The position numbers and the translations under genes were made by a program. From positions 21,500-85,499 of the forward strand of contig CACJAW010000003.1 in NCBI GenBank assembly GCA_902591495.1: a stretch of DNA of 64,000 bases, written 5' to 3'. The first letter of the stretch is position 1, and each line of letters opens with the position of its first letter. The DNA comes from an uncultured Pseudohongiella sp. Its GTDB lineage: Bacteria > Pseudomonadota > Gammaproteobacteria > Pseudomonadales > Pseudohongiellaceae. Positions 15,028 to 25,297 of the stretch are shown here, in pieces. The notes under the pieces were generated by a model. It made no database searches. It worked only from the letters and a program-made list of their open reading frames with translations, and had not been told where the DNA came from.

Positions 15028-16122
15028 CTACAGGAGAGAATTTCCTATTGTACCACGTTCCACGTGAAACGTGCGCTTTTCAGCACCATCTGAGAGGCAA
15101 TTTACAATAGAAGGGAGGTCAACACCTGTTATTATCAGCTGATTACCCAGACCAACTAAATATTTAAGAATACTTGCTCGATTCTCTTCATCAAGTTCCG
15201 CAGGTAAATCATCGATCAGGTAGATACATTTATCTCCAGAACAGGAGGCGTGATGAACGCCTTGAGCAATTTTCAATGCACAAATCAAAATTTTTTGCTG
15301 GCCCCGGGACAACACGTCGGATGCCATTCTTTTGCCAGCTTTAACCCGCAAATCAGCTCGATGCGGGCCATTTTGAGTTGAGCCATAGCGATGATCTCTC
15401 TCCTTTTCGGCTAAAAGAATCTCTTTAAGAGACCCATCTTCAGGCCAGCCTCTCCAATACTCTAATGATATCGACTCAGCAGAAGCGTCTGGGACCAATG
15501 AATCATAAATTTTTCGAAAAACCGGCCCAAACTCTTTGAAATATTCTCTTCTTGCTTCGTCAACCCTATCCGCATATAAACAAAGTTCTTCATTCCATAC
15601 CTCTAATTGAGACGCATCTATACGACGCTCCTTCAATAACAGATTCCTGTTAGCGATGCATTTCTTTGTAGCTCGCCAATCTTGAACAAAACTTTGTTTC
15701 ACGTGAAACACACCCCAGTCCAAGAACATTCTCCGCGATTTTGGGCCGCCCTCAAGCAAAAGAAAAGTAATAGCACTTACAACTTGAACCGGTAAAGCTC
15801 TCGCAACTAACTCCCAATTTCTTTGCAGCTTCGAATCAAGTTTTAACTTATGTTTTGTATTCCTTCCTTTTGACAGGCCAATTCGACTCTGCAGCTCATT
15901 TTCAGCATAAATCGTTAATTCTGCGCTAGCTTCAGCAATTATTGATTCCGTCTTAGGAGTTCTAAAAGAGCGGCCTGTGGCAAGCAAATGAATGGATTCC
16001 AAGATGCTGGTTTTGCCACTACCGTTTATACCAAAGATTATGTTTAGACAGGGGTCCAGATTTAACTCTAGTCTATTAATGTTTCTGACAGAGTTAATCT
16101 GAAGCTTAGTCAGAAAGCTCAT
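15028..16122 (-). CDS. recF: DNA replication and repair protein RecF
   Basis: 364 aa with Walker A GINGSGKTS and Walker B LIDDLPAELD. Conserved dnaN-recF-gyrB order. Confidence 0.94.
   Translation of the reverse strand: MSFLTKLQINSVRNINRLELNLDPCLNIIFGINGSGKTSILESIHLLATGRSFRTPKTESIIAEASAELTIYAENELQSRIGLSKGRNTKHKLKLDSKLQRNWELVARALPVQVVSAITFLLLEGGPKSRRMFLDWGVFHVKQSFVQDWRATKKCIANRNLLLKERRIDASQLEVWNEELCLYADRVDEARREYFKEFGPVFRKIYDSLVPDASAESISLEYWRGWPEDGSLKEILLAEKERDHRYGSTQNGPHRADLRVKAGKRMASDVLSRGQQKILICALKIAQGVHHASCSGDKCIYLIDDLPAELDEENRASILKYLVGLGNQLIITGVDLPSIVNCLSDGAEKRTFHVERGTIGNSLL
15056..15071. promoter_or_regulatory. parS-like ParB binding site (CGTTCCACGTGAAACG)
   Basis: The inner 14 nt GTTCCACGTGAAAC match the canonical parS TGTTNCACGTGAAACA exactly. 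Only the two outermost bases differ. It lies inside the 3' end of recF. Confidence 0.7.
15695..15710. promoter_or_regulatory. parS centromere-like site (TGTTTCACGTGAAACA)
   Basis: A perfect 16-bp palindrome that matches the canonical parS consensus 16/16. It lies inside recF, about 3 kb from dnaA. parA/parB are encoded in the same window. Confidence 0.88.
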
Positions 16123-16147
16123 TACAGGGAGGCCCTAGGAATTTACT

Positions 16148-17254
16148 CTAAAGTCTCATCGGCATTACTACATAGAGTGCTTCAGGGGCATTATCGGAAA
16201 GCGCCTCCAGAAGCGCACTGCTGTTTGCGTCCGAGAGGGTTATCTTCACATCATCGCTATGAAGAGTATTTAAGACATCAATCACATAAGTCACGTTGAA
16301 CCCAATCTCTAGAGAATCTCCATCGTAATCTACAACTACCACCTCTTCGGCCTCTTCTTGTTCTGGGTTATTAGCTAGAACCCTTAGCTCTCCAGGTGAT
16401 AGCATCACTCTCACGCCTCTATACTTCTCATTAGAAAGTATCGAAACCCTAGAAAAAGCATTTTTGAGTTCTTGCCTATTGCCAGTCACAACTTTGTTAC
16501 CACCTTTTGGCAGGACTCTCTTATAATCCGGGAAATTCCCGTCGACAAGCTTTGAAGTGAACGTATACTCTGGCATAGAAGCTCTGATTTGGTTTTGACC
16601 TAAACTCAGGGTTAAATCTCCGTTGCCATCTGACAGCAAACGTGACATCTCTATAATTCCTTTTCTAGGCAGGATAATTTGCCTATCAGTCTCCAATCCT
16701 TCCAAGGCAAGCTCGGACATAGCAAGCCTATGCCCATCGGTCGCAACCAACTTCAAAGTTTGGTGAGCAATCTCGAAAAGCATCCCGTTTAAGTAGTAAC
16801 GCACATCTTGCTGGGCCATAGCGAAGCTCGTCGCTTCAATAAGGTCCTTGAGCCTAGCCTGACTTAACTCAAAAGATAGGGTTTCTTGCTCCTCAACAAC
16901 TTTAGGAAATTCTGTCGCCGGGAGGGTCAATAGACTAAACTTTGAGCGCCCAGAATTAACTAAGCATTTGTTTTCATTAATAATAAACTCAATCAAAGAA
17001 TTGTCTGGAAGTGACTTACAAATGTCGAACAATTTTCTAGCAGGTACAGTAATTTCACCACCCGAATTTGCTTTATCGACTTTTATTTTTCCAGCTAACT
17101 CCACCTCCAGATCTGTACCTGTAAGTAATAGCTCACTATTGTCTAGAGACACGTGCACATTTGATAATATGGGAAGTGTTTGTCGCCTTTCTACCACGCC
17201 GCTTATCATTTGAAGAGGTTTTAGAAGTGACTCTCTTGCCACAGAAAATTGCAT
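16148..17254 (-). CDS. dnaN: DNA polymerase III beta sliding clamp
   Basis: 368 aa with an N-terminal MQFSVARESLLKPLQ and a C-terminal MPMRL. Confidence 0.96.
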   Translation of the reverse strand: MQFSVARESLLKPLQMISGVVERRQTLPILSNVHVSLDNSELLLTGTDLEVELAGKIKVDKANSGGEITVPARKLFDICKSLPDNSLIEFIINENKCLVNSGRSKFSLLTLPATEFPKVVEEQETLSFELSQARLKDLIEATSFAMAQQDVRYYLNGMLFEIAHQTLKLVATDGHRLAMSELALEGLETDRQIILPRKGIIEMSRLLSDGNGDLTLSLGQNQIRASMPEYTFTSKLVDGNFPDYKRVLPKGGNKVVTGNRQELKNAFSRVSILSNEKYRGVRVMLSPGELRVLANNPEQEEAEEVVVVDYDGDSLEIGFNVTYVIDVLNTLHSDDVKITLSDANSSALLEALSDNAPEALYVVMPMRL

Positions 17255-17283
17255 CGGTTTGTTTCCCTCGATTATTTTTTTTA

Positions 17284-18723
17284 CTAACTAGACAGTGATC
17301 GCAAAAGGTTGTTGTAATCCTCCTGGATATCCCTGGAGCTATGGCGAAGCTTAGCTATCTGTCTGCATGCATGGAGCACAGTCGTATGATCACGCCCCCC
17401 AAACGCATCACCAATTTCTGGCAAGCTATGGTTAGTTAGCTCTTTTGATAATGTCATCGCGACCTGCCTCGGCCTCGCTACGGAACGATTTCTGCGCTTT
17501 GACAACATATCTGCCATCTTAATCTTGTAATATTCAGCTACTGACCTTTGAATATTATCAATGGTAACGAGCTTTTCTTGTAATGCAAAAAGGTCGCGTA
17601 GAGCCTCTTTGATTAATTCTAAAGTGATTTCCTGACCCTTGAAATTAGCATGTGCTATTACGCGCTTGAGTGCCCCTTCTAACTCTCTAACGTTAGAGCG
17701 CAACCTTTGAGCAACAAATAAAGCTGCTTCATAGGGTAGCTGAACCCCACTGAGTTCAGCCTTGTTCATCAGAATTGCCGCTCTAGTCTCTAGCTCTGGC
17801 GGATCTACTGCGACAGTAAGCCCCCAGCCAAACCTTGATTTAAGTCTTTCTTCAAGACCATTAATTTCTTTATGGAACCTGTCACAAGTAAGAATTATTT
17901 GATGCCCGCCTTCCAACAGCGCATTAAACGTATGGAAAAACTCTTCTTGAGAACGCTCCTTACCTGCGAAGAACTGGATGTCATCAATCAATAAGGCATC
18001 AACAGAACGATAAAATCGTTTAAATTCATTTATGGCATTAAGCTGAAGAGCAGAAACCATAGTAGCTACAAAGGTTTCTGAATGAAGATATACTACCCTC
18101 GCATCGGGTTTCTTTGATAAAAGGTAATTTCCAATCGCGTGCATCAAGTGGGTTTTTCCTAATCCAACGCCGCCGTAGATAAAAAGGGGGTTATATGCAT
18201 ATCCAGGGTTTTCCGCAACTTGCATAGCTGCAGCTCTCGCAAGCTGATTTGATTTACCAATTACAAAATTTTCAAAATTATTCTCGGAATTTAACGACCC
18301 CTGATGGAGCACTTTACCCTTGATAACATTATTTGGCGTTGCTCCCTGGTGTCGGGGAGGTTGAATAGCTCTCTTTGTGGGCGTTTCGTCCATAGATGTA
18401 TGATGGCCTTCGACTAAAGAACCATTATATTTATTGCTAGTTTTCGCATGCACTACCGCTTGTTTGGGCGGTTCAATAAACCTCTTGCTTGTATGAACAT
18501 TCAGGTCAACAGTTATTTCTTCATCTTCGTATGCCTCCACAATTTCTAAGATTCGCGGAAGATACTTACCTTTGACCCAGTCCGAAATAAACCTGTTCGG
18601 CGCACTTACACTGAGCACATTGCTGCTAATTTCAACTTCTAGAGGTGCAATCCAAGTTCTAAACTCTTCTGCTGGCACCTCTGCTTTCAAACTTTCAATA
18701 CAATTTTGCCAAACCGGAAGCAT
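17284..18723 (-). CDS. dnaA: Chromosomal replication initiator protein DnaA
   Basis: 479 aa with Walker [18 protein letters not shown], and a C-terminal DNA-binding helix containing DHTTVLHA. Confidence 0.97.
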   Translation of the reverse strand: MLPVWQNCIESLKAEVPAEEFRTWIAPLEVEISSNVLSVSAPNRFISDWVKGKYLPRILEIVEAYEDEEITVDLNVHTSKRFIEPPKQAVVHAKTSNKYNGSLVEGHHTSMDETPTKRAIQPPRHQGATPNNVIKGKVLHQGSLNSENNFENFVIGKSNQLARAAAMQVAENPGYAYNPLFIYGGVGLGKTHLMHAIGNYLLSKKPDARVVYLHSETFVATMVSALQLNAINEFKRFYRSVDALLIDDIQFFAGKERSQEEFFHTFNALLEGGHQIILTCDRFHKEINGLEERLKSRFGWGLTVAVDPPELETRAAILMNKAELSGVQLPYEAALFVAQRLRSNVRELEGALKRVIAHANFKGQEITLELIKEALRDLFALQEKLVTIDNIQRSVAEYYKIKMADMLSKRRNRSVARPRQVAMTLSKELTNHSLPEIGDAFGGRDHTTVLHACRQIAKLRHSSRDIQEDYNNLLRSLSS

Positions 18724-18786
18724 GGTGAGTGAACTTACTCCAATAAACTATCTTAAAACCAAATTAATATCTGACCATAAGCCAAG

Positions 18787-18795
18787 TTATCCACC
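18787..18795 (+). promoter_or_regulatory. DnaA box (TTATCCACC)
   Basis: 8/9 match to TTATCCACA, about 65 bp upstream of the dnaA start. Confidence 0.7.
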
Positions 18796-18920
18796 GATAG
18801 CAAGGATAAATTGTCACTTTTTCGAGGGTTTTATTTATGATATTTTTCAATTACTTAAAGGTTTTTAGCTGAAAAATACCGACTAAAAAAAACGGCTTTA
18901 TTTTCGTTTTAAGCCAAGCC

Positions 18921-18929
18921 TGTTGATAA
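18921..18929 (-). promoter_or_regulatory. DnaA box-like (TGTTGATAA)
   Basis: 8/9 match to the reverse complement of TTATCCACA, 6 bp from the perfect box. Confidence 0.5.
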
Positions 18930-18935
18930 ATAAGC

Positions 18936-18944
18936 TGTGGATAA
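18936..18944 (-). promoter_or_regulatory. DnaA box (TGTGGATAA, perfect)
   Basis: Exact reverse complement of the TTATCCACA consensus. Confidence 0.8.
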
Positions 18945-19033
18945 CATGTTACCAAGTTTTGGCTAACTCAGTTTTTCCAGTAATGCAACAAATTAGGACA
19001 ATCTGAATTAGGAATACCCTTTTTACTTCTAGA

Positions 19034-19062
19034 TTGAAACTTTCATACAAAACATCTAGAAT
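19034..19062 (+). promoter_or_regulatory. Putative sigma70 promoter of rpmH-rnpA
   Basis: TTGAAA, a 17-nt spacer, then TAGAAT, about 55 nt upstream of the rpmH ATG. Confidence 0.4.
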
Positions 19063-19117
19063 TCCGCTCCTTTATGACGACCGTCGTTTTGATACTACCA
19101 CTTTCGGAAGACAGAAT

Positions 19118-19252
19118 ATGAAAAGAACTTTCCAACCCAGCGTTCTAAAAAGAGCTCGTTCTCATGGGTTCAGGGCACGCATGTCTAGCAAGGGCGGCCG
19201 ACTCGTTTTAAAAAGACGGCGAGCAAAGGGTCGCGCTAAGCTGTCGGCCTAA
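19118..19252 (+). CDS. rpmH: 50S ribosomal protein L34
   Basis: 44 aa ([22 protein letters not shown]...) with GGAAG 8 nt upstream. The 72-aa ORF in the track is an upstream extension. Confidence 0.96.
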   Translation: MKRTFQPSVLKRARSHGFRARMSSKGGRLVLKRRRAKGRAKLSA

Positions 19253-19286
19253 CTGGATTTATATCCCTCGATAACTGAGACATTAA

Positions 19287-19679
19287 TTGGCCGAATACAG
19301 ATTTACCAGAGAATGTCGGCTTTTAAACTCCTCTGATTACGGAGGGGTTTTTGATAAGGCTGAATACAAGGTCTCTTGCCGCTTCATCCTCATGTTGGCC
19401 ATTGCGAATAGCAACCAATCAAGGTTAGGTTTAGTTGTCAGTAAAAAGAATATTTCGAAAGCAGTTGAACGAAATAGAGTGAAGCGTCTAATAAGAGAAT
19501 CTTTTAGAAAAAATAAATCCCAAATCCCTAATTTAGACGTCGTAGTCTTAATACGCAAAGGTATTGACGCTCTCCCTAATGTCGTAATATCTAGTAAACT
19601 GAATTCGTTATGGAACGACCTCTATGCGAAGTCCGCAGAGCAACCAACCCGGACAAATTCAAACGGGATAGGAACATAA
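19287..19679 (+). CDS. rnpA: Ribonuclease P protein component
   Basis: 130 aa with the RNR motif (ERNRVKRLIRESFR). Aligns with RnpA from residue 1. TTG start. Confidence 0.9.
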   Translation: MAEYRFTRECRLLNSSDYGGVFDKAEYKVSCRFILMLAIANSNQSRLGLVVSKKNISKAVERNRVKRLIRESFRKNKSQIPNLDVVVLIRKGIDALPNVVISSKLNSLWNDLYAKSAEQPTRTNSNGIGT

Positions 19680-19681
19680 GA

Positions 19682-19921
19682 ATGATGCTTAAATCCAGCT
19701 TAATAAAACTTATTACATTATATCAATTCACATTAAGCGCCTTAATTGGACGGCAGTGTCGCTTTGAGCCTTCATGCTCTAATTATACAAAGGAAGCAAT
19801 CGAACTCCACGGAAGCATAAAAGGATTAACCCTTGGTGCCCGACGAATATGTAAATGTCACCCATGGCACGAAGGCGGATATGATCCAGTGCCTAAATCT
19901 TCCAATAGTCATTACAGGTAA
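19682..19921 (+). CDS. yidD: Membrane protein insertion efficiency factor YidD
   Basis: 79 aa with CRFEPSCSNY and GGYDPVP. I placed the start at the ATG 2 nt after the rnpA stop rather than at the overlapping 19610 ORF start. Confidence 0.9.
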   Translation: MMLKSSLIKLITLYQFTLSALIGRQCRFEPSCSNYTKEAIELHGSIKGLTLGARRICKCHPWHEGGYDPVPKSSNSHYR

Positions 19922-19929
19922 AAATCGGC

Positions 19930-21618
19930 ATGGATTTAACTAAGTTTGCTCTCTACACTTCGCTAGCCATTATCACTTATCTTATGCTTTTGGCCTGGCA
20001 AGAGGACTACCCACCGCTCATTGACGATGGTATTGCACAACAAGCTTTGCCAGCAACAGATCCAACTGCAAGCTCAGCTGAAACAAATGACCTTCCAACT
20101 CAAATGCCTTCGTCTTCTCGACCTGACGCACAACAGACATCAGGTATAACTAATGCTGCTGCCCAAACAGAGCTTCTAACAAAATACATCGACATTCAAA
20201 CAGATACACTAGAACTAAGTATAGATTTGATCGGCGGCGACATAGTCTCTCTTTCACTTCCTAAATACCTTAAACAAATAGATGTGGCAGATGACCCCTT
20301 TAAATTGTTGGAAAATTCTCTAGGCCGTAGCTACGTTGCGCAGAGTGGCCTAATTGGTCAAAACGGTATCGATAAATCTGGTAGAGCTACCTACGAATCA
20401 AGGTACGAAAATTATCGATTAGAAGGCGGTCAAGATCTACTTCAAGTCGATCTGGTCAACAATGTCCAACCTGACATCACCGTTACAAAAAGATTTACTT
20501 TCAGAAGGAATTCGTACCTTATCGATATCGAATTCTTAGTTGAAAATAACTCTGACACAACCTGGGATGCAAATGCATTTGGCCAAATTAAGCGGGATAA
20601 TTTTGATGACCCCAGCAGTGTGGGCGGTTTTGGCAGGACTTTTCTTGGATTTGTAACAACTACAACCGATGATCCATACATCAAAGTTGATTTTGGTGAT
20701 ATCGATGATCGCTCAGAAAGCGTCGAAACACTTGGCGGTTGGATGGGCTTTAGCCAACATTATTTCTTATCAGCCTGGATACCAAATCAAGAACAAGTAA
20801 ATCGGCTCACCACAAGAAAGAATGATGCAAACCAGTACTTTGGAGAATTTACAAGTGAAACGTTTACTGTTGCTGCAAACTCAGTCGGAAGTCACAAAAT
20901 ACAATTTTATGCAGGTCCTAAGGACCAATATGTACTTGCTGAAATTTCACCGAACCTTGACCTTACCATAGACTATGGTTTTCTTTGGTTTTTAGCAGCG
21001 CCTATTTATTGGTTATTGACACAAATTGATTCGCTGGTTGGGAATTACGGTGTATCAATAATTTTACTTACATTAGTAGTTAAGGCTTTGTTCTATAAAC
21101 TTTCCGAGACTCAATATAAATCCATGGCTGGAATGCGTCGTGTCATGCCTAAAATGCAACAAATAAAAGATAGATACGGTGACGACCGTATGGGTTTGCA
21201 AAAAGCAACCATGGACCTTTATAAGAAAGAAAAAATTAACCCTTTTGGAGGTTGCTTGCCAATGTTGGTCCAAATGCCGGTCTTCATTGCACTTTACTGG
21301 GTGCTTATGGAAAGCGTAGAACTGCGTCATGCTCCCTTTGTCGGGTACTTGACTGATCTATCCGTTAGAGACCCTTTTTTCATACTTCCTCTTCTAATGG
21401 GAGCAACAATGTTCTTGCAAACAAGATTGAGTCCAGCACCAGCAGATCCGATGCAAGCAAAAGTAATGCAACTTATGCCAATAATGATGACTGTATTATT
21501 CCTTTGGTTCCCGTCAGGCTTAGTTCTTTATTGGCTCACAAATGGGTTATTAGGAATTCTTCAGCAATGGTATATTACAGGTAAAATCGAGGCCGCTTAC
21601 CAAACCAGTAGAAAGTAA
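19930..21618 (+). CDS. yidC: Membrane protein insertase YidC
   Basis: 562 aa with an N-terminal TM segment, a large periplasmic domain and a conserved C-terminal core (GCLPMLVQMPVFIALYW). Confidence 0.95.
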   Translation: MDLTKFALYTSLAIITYLMLLAWQEDYPPLIDDGIAQQALPATDPTASSAETNDLPTQMPSSSRPDAQQTSGITNAAAQTELLTKYIDIQTDTLELSIDLIGGDIVSLSLPKYLKQIDVADDPFKLLENSLGRSYVAQSGLIGQNGIDKSGRATYESRYENYRLEGGQDLLQVDLVNNVQPDITVTKRFTFRRNSYLIDIEFLVENNSDTTWDANAFGQIKRDNFDDPSSVGGFGRTFLGFVTTTTDDPYIKVDFGDIDDRSESVETLGGWMGFSQHYFLSAWIPNQEQVNRLTTRKNDANQYFGEFTSETFTVAANSVGSHKIQFYAGPKDQYVLAEISPNLDLTIDYGFLWFLAAPIYWLLTQIDSLVGNYGVSIILLTLVVKALFYKLSETQYKSMAGMRRVMPKMQQIKDRYGDDRMGLQKATMDLYKKEKINPFGGCLPMLVQMPVFIALYWVLMESVELRHAPFVGYLTDLSVRDPFFILPLLMGATMFLQTRLSPAPADPMQAKVMQLMPIMMTVLFLWFPSGLVLYWLTNGLLGILQQWYITGKIEAAYQTSRK

Positions 21619-21673
21619 CCAAAATTGGACATTCAACTTATATACACCCTTAAAAAAAGTTTATTTAGGAATA

Positions 21674-23074
21674 ATGTCCCTCTCTGAAGAAACTACAATA
21701 TGTGCGATCTCAACGCCACCCGGTCGAGGGAGTGTTGGTATCATAAGAGTTTCAGGTCCAAAGACTTCAGCTATTAGTATGAAGATTCTTGGATTCAAAC
21801 CCGAAATACGATACGCCCACACCTGTCAATTTCTTAATCAAGATCAGTCCGTGATTGATATAGGTATCGCGATATTCTTTGAAGGCCCAAACTCTTATAC
21901 GGGCGAAGACACTTTAGAACTGCAGTGTCATGGGAGTTTGCCTTTGTTAAATGAAATTCTCAACAGACTCCTTAGCCTTGGTGCTGTAATAGCTAGACCT
22001 GGAGAGTTCACAGAACGATCGTTCTTGAATGGTAAGATGGATTTGGCGCAAGCGGAAGCTGTCGCTGATCTTATTGAGGCAGGGACAGAGCAACAGGCAA
22101 AATCTGCATCCAGAACATTGCGCGGCGCATTTTCTGATCGAATTAAAAAAATGCAAGAACAACTCACTAAAACTCGGATTAATGTTGAAGCAGCGATTGA
22201 TTTTTCAGATGAAGATTTAGAGTTAAGTTCAAATGAAACAATTCTCAATATGGTTACCGAATGCTTAACAGATTTAGATACTGTTTTTACCAAGGCAAAG
22301 CAAGGAGTAATTATTAAGGAAGGCCTCCGGGTAGTAATCGCTGGGTATCCAAACTCGGGAAAGTCTACCTTATTGAACGCTATTTCTGGTGAAGATGCCG
22401 CTATCGTTACAGAAATTCCTGGAACTACAAGAGATATTCTCAACATTGAAGTTTCTGTGAGAGGTATACCTATTAACATAACGGATACCGCGGGTCTCAG
22501 AGAAACTAAAGATCCAGTAGAATTAGAGGGAGTGCGGCGAGCTCAAGAAGCTATAATGGTCGCAGATCACATCCTATTCGTTGTGGACATAACAACCCTT
22601 AATAATCAGCCGAGAAATCTCCGAGATGTGCTTACTTCTTTTTCAGACGATTTTTCGCTAAAGCTCAATTCAAAAAAAAATCTTACTATAGTTGTCAACA
22701 AGTTGGACTTGATAGAAAGCTATGGAATTTTCGCAGAGGAGCTACAAGCTGTTGATATCGAAATTCCAGTTATTGGGATTTCAGCTAGAACAGAAGAAGG
22801 ACTTGATAATCTCAGAGAGCAATTTTTAAAAGTAAGCGATCACTTACATTTCACCGAAGATAACTTTAGCGCTAGAACCCGACATATTAGCGCTTTAGAA
22901 GTGGCCAAGTCGCACCTAAAAAAAGCCCAAAAGCTAGCTGAAGAATCTATAGATTTGGAGTTAATTGCCGAAGAATTGCGCTTATCCCAGTTGGTGATGG
23001 GAAGTATCACGGGGGAATTGACTAGTGATGATCTATTGGGCGAGATCTTTGGGAGCTTTTGCGTAGGTAAATGA
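21674..23074 (+). CDS. mnmE: tRNA modification GTPase MnmE
   Basis: 466 aa with G1 GYPNSGKSTLLN, G3 DTAGLR and the C-terminal C(V/I)GK motif. Confidence 0.95.
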   Translation: MSLSEETTICAISTPPGRGSVGIIRVSGPKTSAISMKILGFKPEIRYAHTCQFLNQDQSVIDIGIAIFFEGPNSYTGEDTLELQCHGSLPLLNEILNRLLSLGAVIARPGEFTERSFLNGKMDLAQAEAVADLIEAGTEQQAKSASRTLRGAFSDRIKKMQEQLTKTRINVEAAIDFSDEDLELSSNETILNMVTECLTDLDTVFTKAKQGVIIKEGLRVVIAGYPNSGKSTLLNAISGEDAAIVTEIPGTTRDILNIEVSVRGIPINITDTAGLRETKDPVELEGVRRAQEAIMVADHILFVVDITTLNNQPRNLRDVLTSFSDDFSLKLNSKKNLTIVVNKLDLIESYGIFAEELQAVDIEIPVIGISARTEEGLDNLREQFLKVSDHLHFTEDNFSARTRHISALEVAKSHLKKAQKLAEESIDLELIAEELRLSQLVMGSITGELTSDDLLGEIFGSFCVGK

Positions 23075-23386
23075 CTTGTAAAAAGAAGGGTTATTTGTGT
23101 AAAACCAAGAGAAAAACGGTGAGTAGAATCTGGTTAAATCAATCGGAACATTATTGGTTAAAATTTATTAACATTTTACTAAATGCTTTTGTTCTGGATA
23201 GTCAGAGAATACTAAGGGCTTTTAATCTAAATAAACCTCTGATTTAATTAAGTTATTAATCGTTATCAACAGTTTATTTTTTGCCTATAACAACTATATT
23301 AATACTATATATATATTAAACTAAATATATTTTTAATATTAATAAATAATTCATAGTTATTAGATTTGGGTAATTCGGATATTTAT

Positions 23387-25297
23387 ATGCAGAGTCAGAC
23401 AAAATACGACGTCATTGTAGTTGGTGGAGGTCATGCAGGCACTGAAGCAGCCTTGGCAGCCGCTCGTCAGGGTGTTAATACTTTGTTGATCACTCACAGC
23501 ATTGATACTCTCGGACAAATGTCGTGTAACCCAGCTATCGGTGGCATTGGTAAAAGTCACTTGGTCAGGGAGATTGATGCGCTCGACGGAGCGATGGCTT
23601 TGGCTGCTGATCGCTCTGGGATTCAGTTTAGGGTCCTTAACGCAAGCAAAGGACCTGCGGTTCGTGCCACTCGAGTCCAGGCTGATCGGGCTCTCTACAA
23701 ATCAGCTATTCGGCAAGTGTTAGAAAATCAAGATAACCTATCTTTGTTTCAACAAGGTGTTGATGATCTTGTTATTGATGATGGGGTAATCAAGGGTGTC
23801 GTTACACAGATGGGATTGGTTATCAAGGCGAACCAAGTCGTGTTAACGGCAGGGACATTTTTAGGAGGAAAAATTCATATAGGGCTAGAAAGCAACTCTG
23901 GGGGGCGCGCAGGTGACCCACCGTCTAATTCTTTGGCTGATAGATTGAGAGAGCTACCTTTCAAAGTCGAACGCCTTAAAACAGGAACACCACCAAGACT
24001 TGATAAAAGATCGGTTGATTTCTCTGTAATGACAGTTCAACCAGGTGATGCGCCTCTGCCGGTTATGTCTTACCTAGGCGCTAGAGAAGACCATCCCCCG
24101 CAAATCAACTGCTTCATTACACATACTAACGAAGCCTGCCACGATATCATTCGAGGTGGACTAGATCGGTCACCAATGTACGCTGGTGTTATCGAAGGTG
24201 CTGGGCCTAGGTACTGTCCATCCATAGAAGACAAAGTAATGCGATTTTCTGACAAGTCTTCTCATCAAATCTTTCTAGAGCCGGAAGGGCTAAATACAAA
24301 CGAGTTGTACCCTAATGGAATTTCAACAAGCTTGCCATTCGACGTTCAGTTGGAGATGGTCAAAAAAATTCGAGGGTTAGAGCAAGCTCAAATAACCCGG
24401 CCTGGATACGCCATCGAATATGATTTTTTTGATCCTAGAGATTTAAACTATTCACTTGAAACGAAATTTATCAAGGGATTGTATTTCGCAGGTCAAATTA
24501 ATGGTACGACCGGTTATGAGGAAGCAGCTGCACAAGGCCTCATCGCTGGTCTAAATGCTGGTCTGGCTGCTAAGGGCCAAGAGCCATGGTGCCCTCGCCG
24601 TGACGAGGCCTACATAGGGGTCTTAATCGATGATTTAATCACACTTGGTACAAATGAACCCTATCGTATGTTCACCTCTAGAGCCGAATATCGATTGACG
24701 CTAAGGGAAGATAACGCTGATTTACGTTTAACTGAAAAAGGTAGAAGTCTAGGACTTGTTTCTGATACTCGCTGGCAATTACTCAATGAGAAAATTGAGA
24801 TTATTGAAAAAGAATTATCCTTCTTAAAAGCTACATGGATACAACCCAATTCTAAAGCAGCAGTCAGAGTAAATAGCCTCTTAGATAAACCAATTTCTCG
24901 CGAGAAAAACTTAGCTGATTTACTTTCTAGACCAAGAGTTTCTTATGACTCCTTGATAAAGGCTGTTGAAGAGCAGCCATTCACTGAAGTCAAGTTTAAC
25001 TCGGCTGCAGATCAAGCCCGAAAACAGGTAGAAGTGCATCTAAAATACCAAGGCTATATCGACAGACAGTCTGAGGAAATAGCCCGCATGAAAAGACAAG
25101 AAGATACTAGGTTACCAGAAGATCTAGACTACGAGATAATGCAAGGGTTGTCTAACGAACTGAAGCAAAAGCTTATAAAAGCTAGGCCGGAAAATATTGG
25201 TAGGGCATCAAGGATACCTGGGATGACGCCGGCTGCTTTGTCATTGATTTTGGTATATTTGAAAAAACATAAATCAATTTCAAGAAAAGCAAGTTGA
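23387..25297 (+). CDS. mnmG: tRNA uridine 5-carboxymethylaminomethyl modification enzyme MnmG
   Basis: The FAD motif [16 protein letters not shown] lies right after the ATG at 23387. The TTG at 23366 in the track adds 7 unlikely residues. Confidence 0.95.
   Translation: MQSQTKYDVIVVGGGHAGTEAALAAARQGVNTLLITHSIDTLGQMSCNPAIGGIGKSHLVREIDALDGAMALAADRSGIQFRVLNASKGPAVRATRVQADRALYKSAIRQVLENQDNLSLFQQGVDDLVIDDGVIKGVVTQMGLVIKANQVVLTAGTFLGGKIHIGLESNSGGRAGDPPSNSLADRLRELPFKVERLKTGTPPRLDKRSVDFSVMTVQPGDAPLPVMSYLGAREDHPPQINCFITHTNEACHDIIRGGLDRSPMYAGVIEGAGPRYCPSIEDKVMRFSDKSSHQIFLEPEGLNTNELYPNGISTSLPFDVQLEMVKKIRGLEQAQITRPGYAIEYDFFDPRDLNYSLETKFIKGLYFAGQINGTTGYEEAAAQGLIAGLNAGLAAKGQEPWCPRRDEAYIGVLIDDLITLGTNEPYRMFTSRAEYRLTLREDNADLRLTEKGRSLGLVSDTRWQLLNEKIEIIEKELSFLKATWIQPNSKAAVRVNSLLDKPISREKNLADLLSRPRVSYDSLIKAVEEQPFTEVKFNSAADQARKQVEVHLKYQGYIDRQSEEIARMKRQEDTRLPEDLDYEIMQGLSNELKQKLIKARPENIGRASRIPGMTPAALSLILVYLKKHKSISRKAS

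Larger units (their letters stand above)
18724..19117. other. dnaA-rpmH intergenic region: dnaA promoter region and candidate oriC
   Basis: A 394-bp non-coding spacer between divergent dnaA and rpmH. It holds one perfect, one near-perfect and at least one weaker DnaA box, plus AT-rich tracts. Coding-strand polarity switches here. Confidence 0.55.

Noticed and set aside
21928-22479. 183-aa ORF antisense to mnmE
   Set aside because: It lies entirely within a strongly supported conserved gene on the other strand. Its sequence is low-complexity and Ser/Ile-rich with no recognisable motif. It is best explained as a shadow ORF, although its length is somewhat unusual for this AT content.
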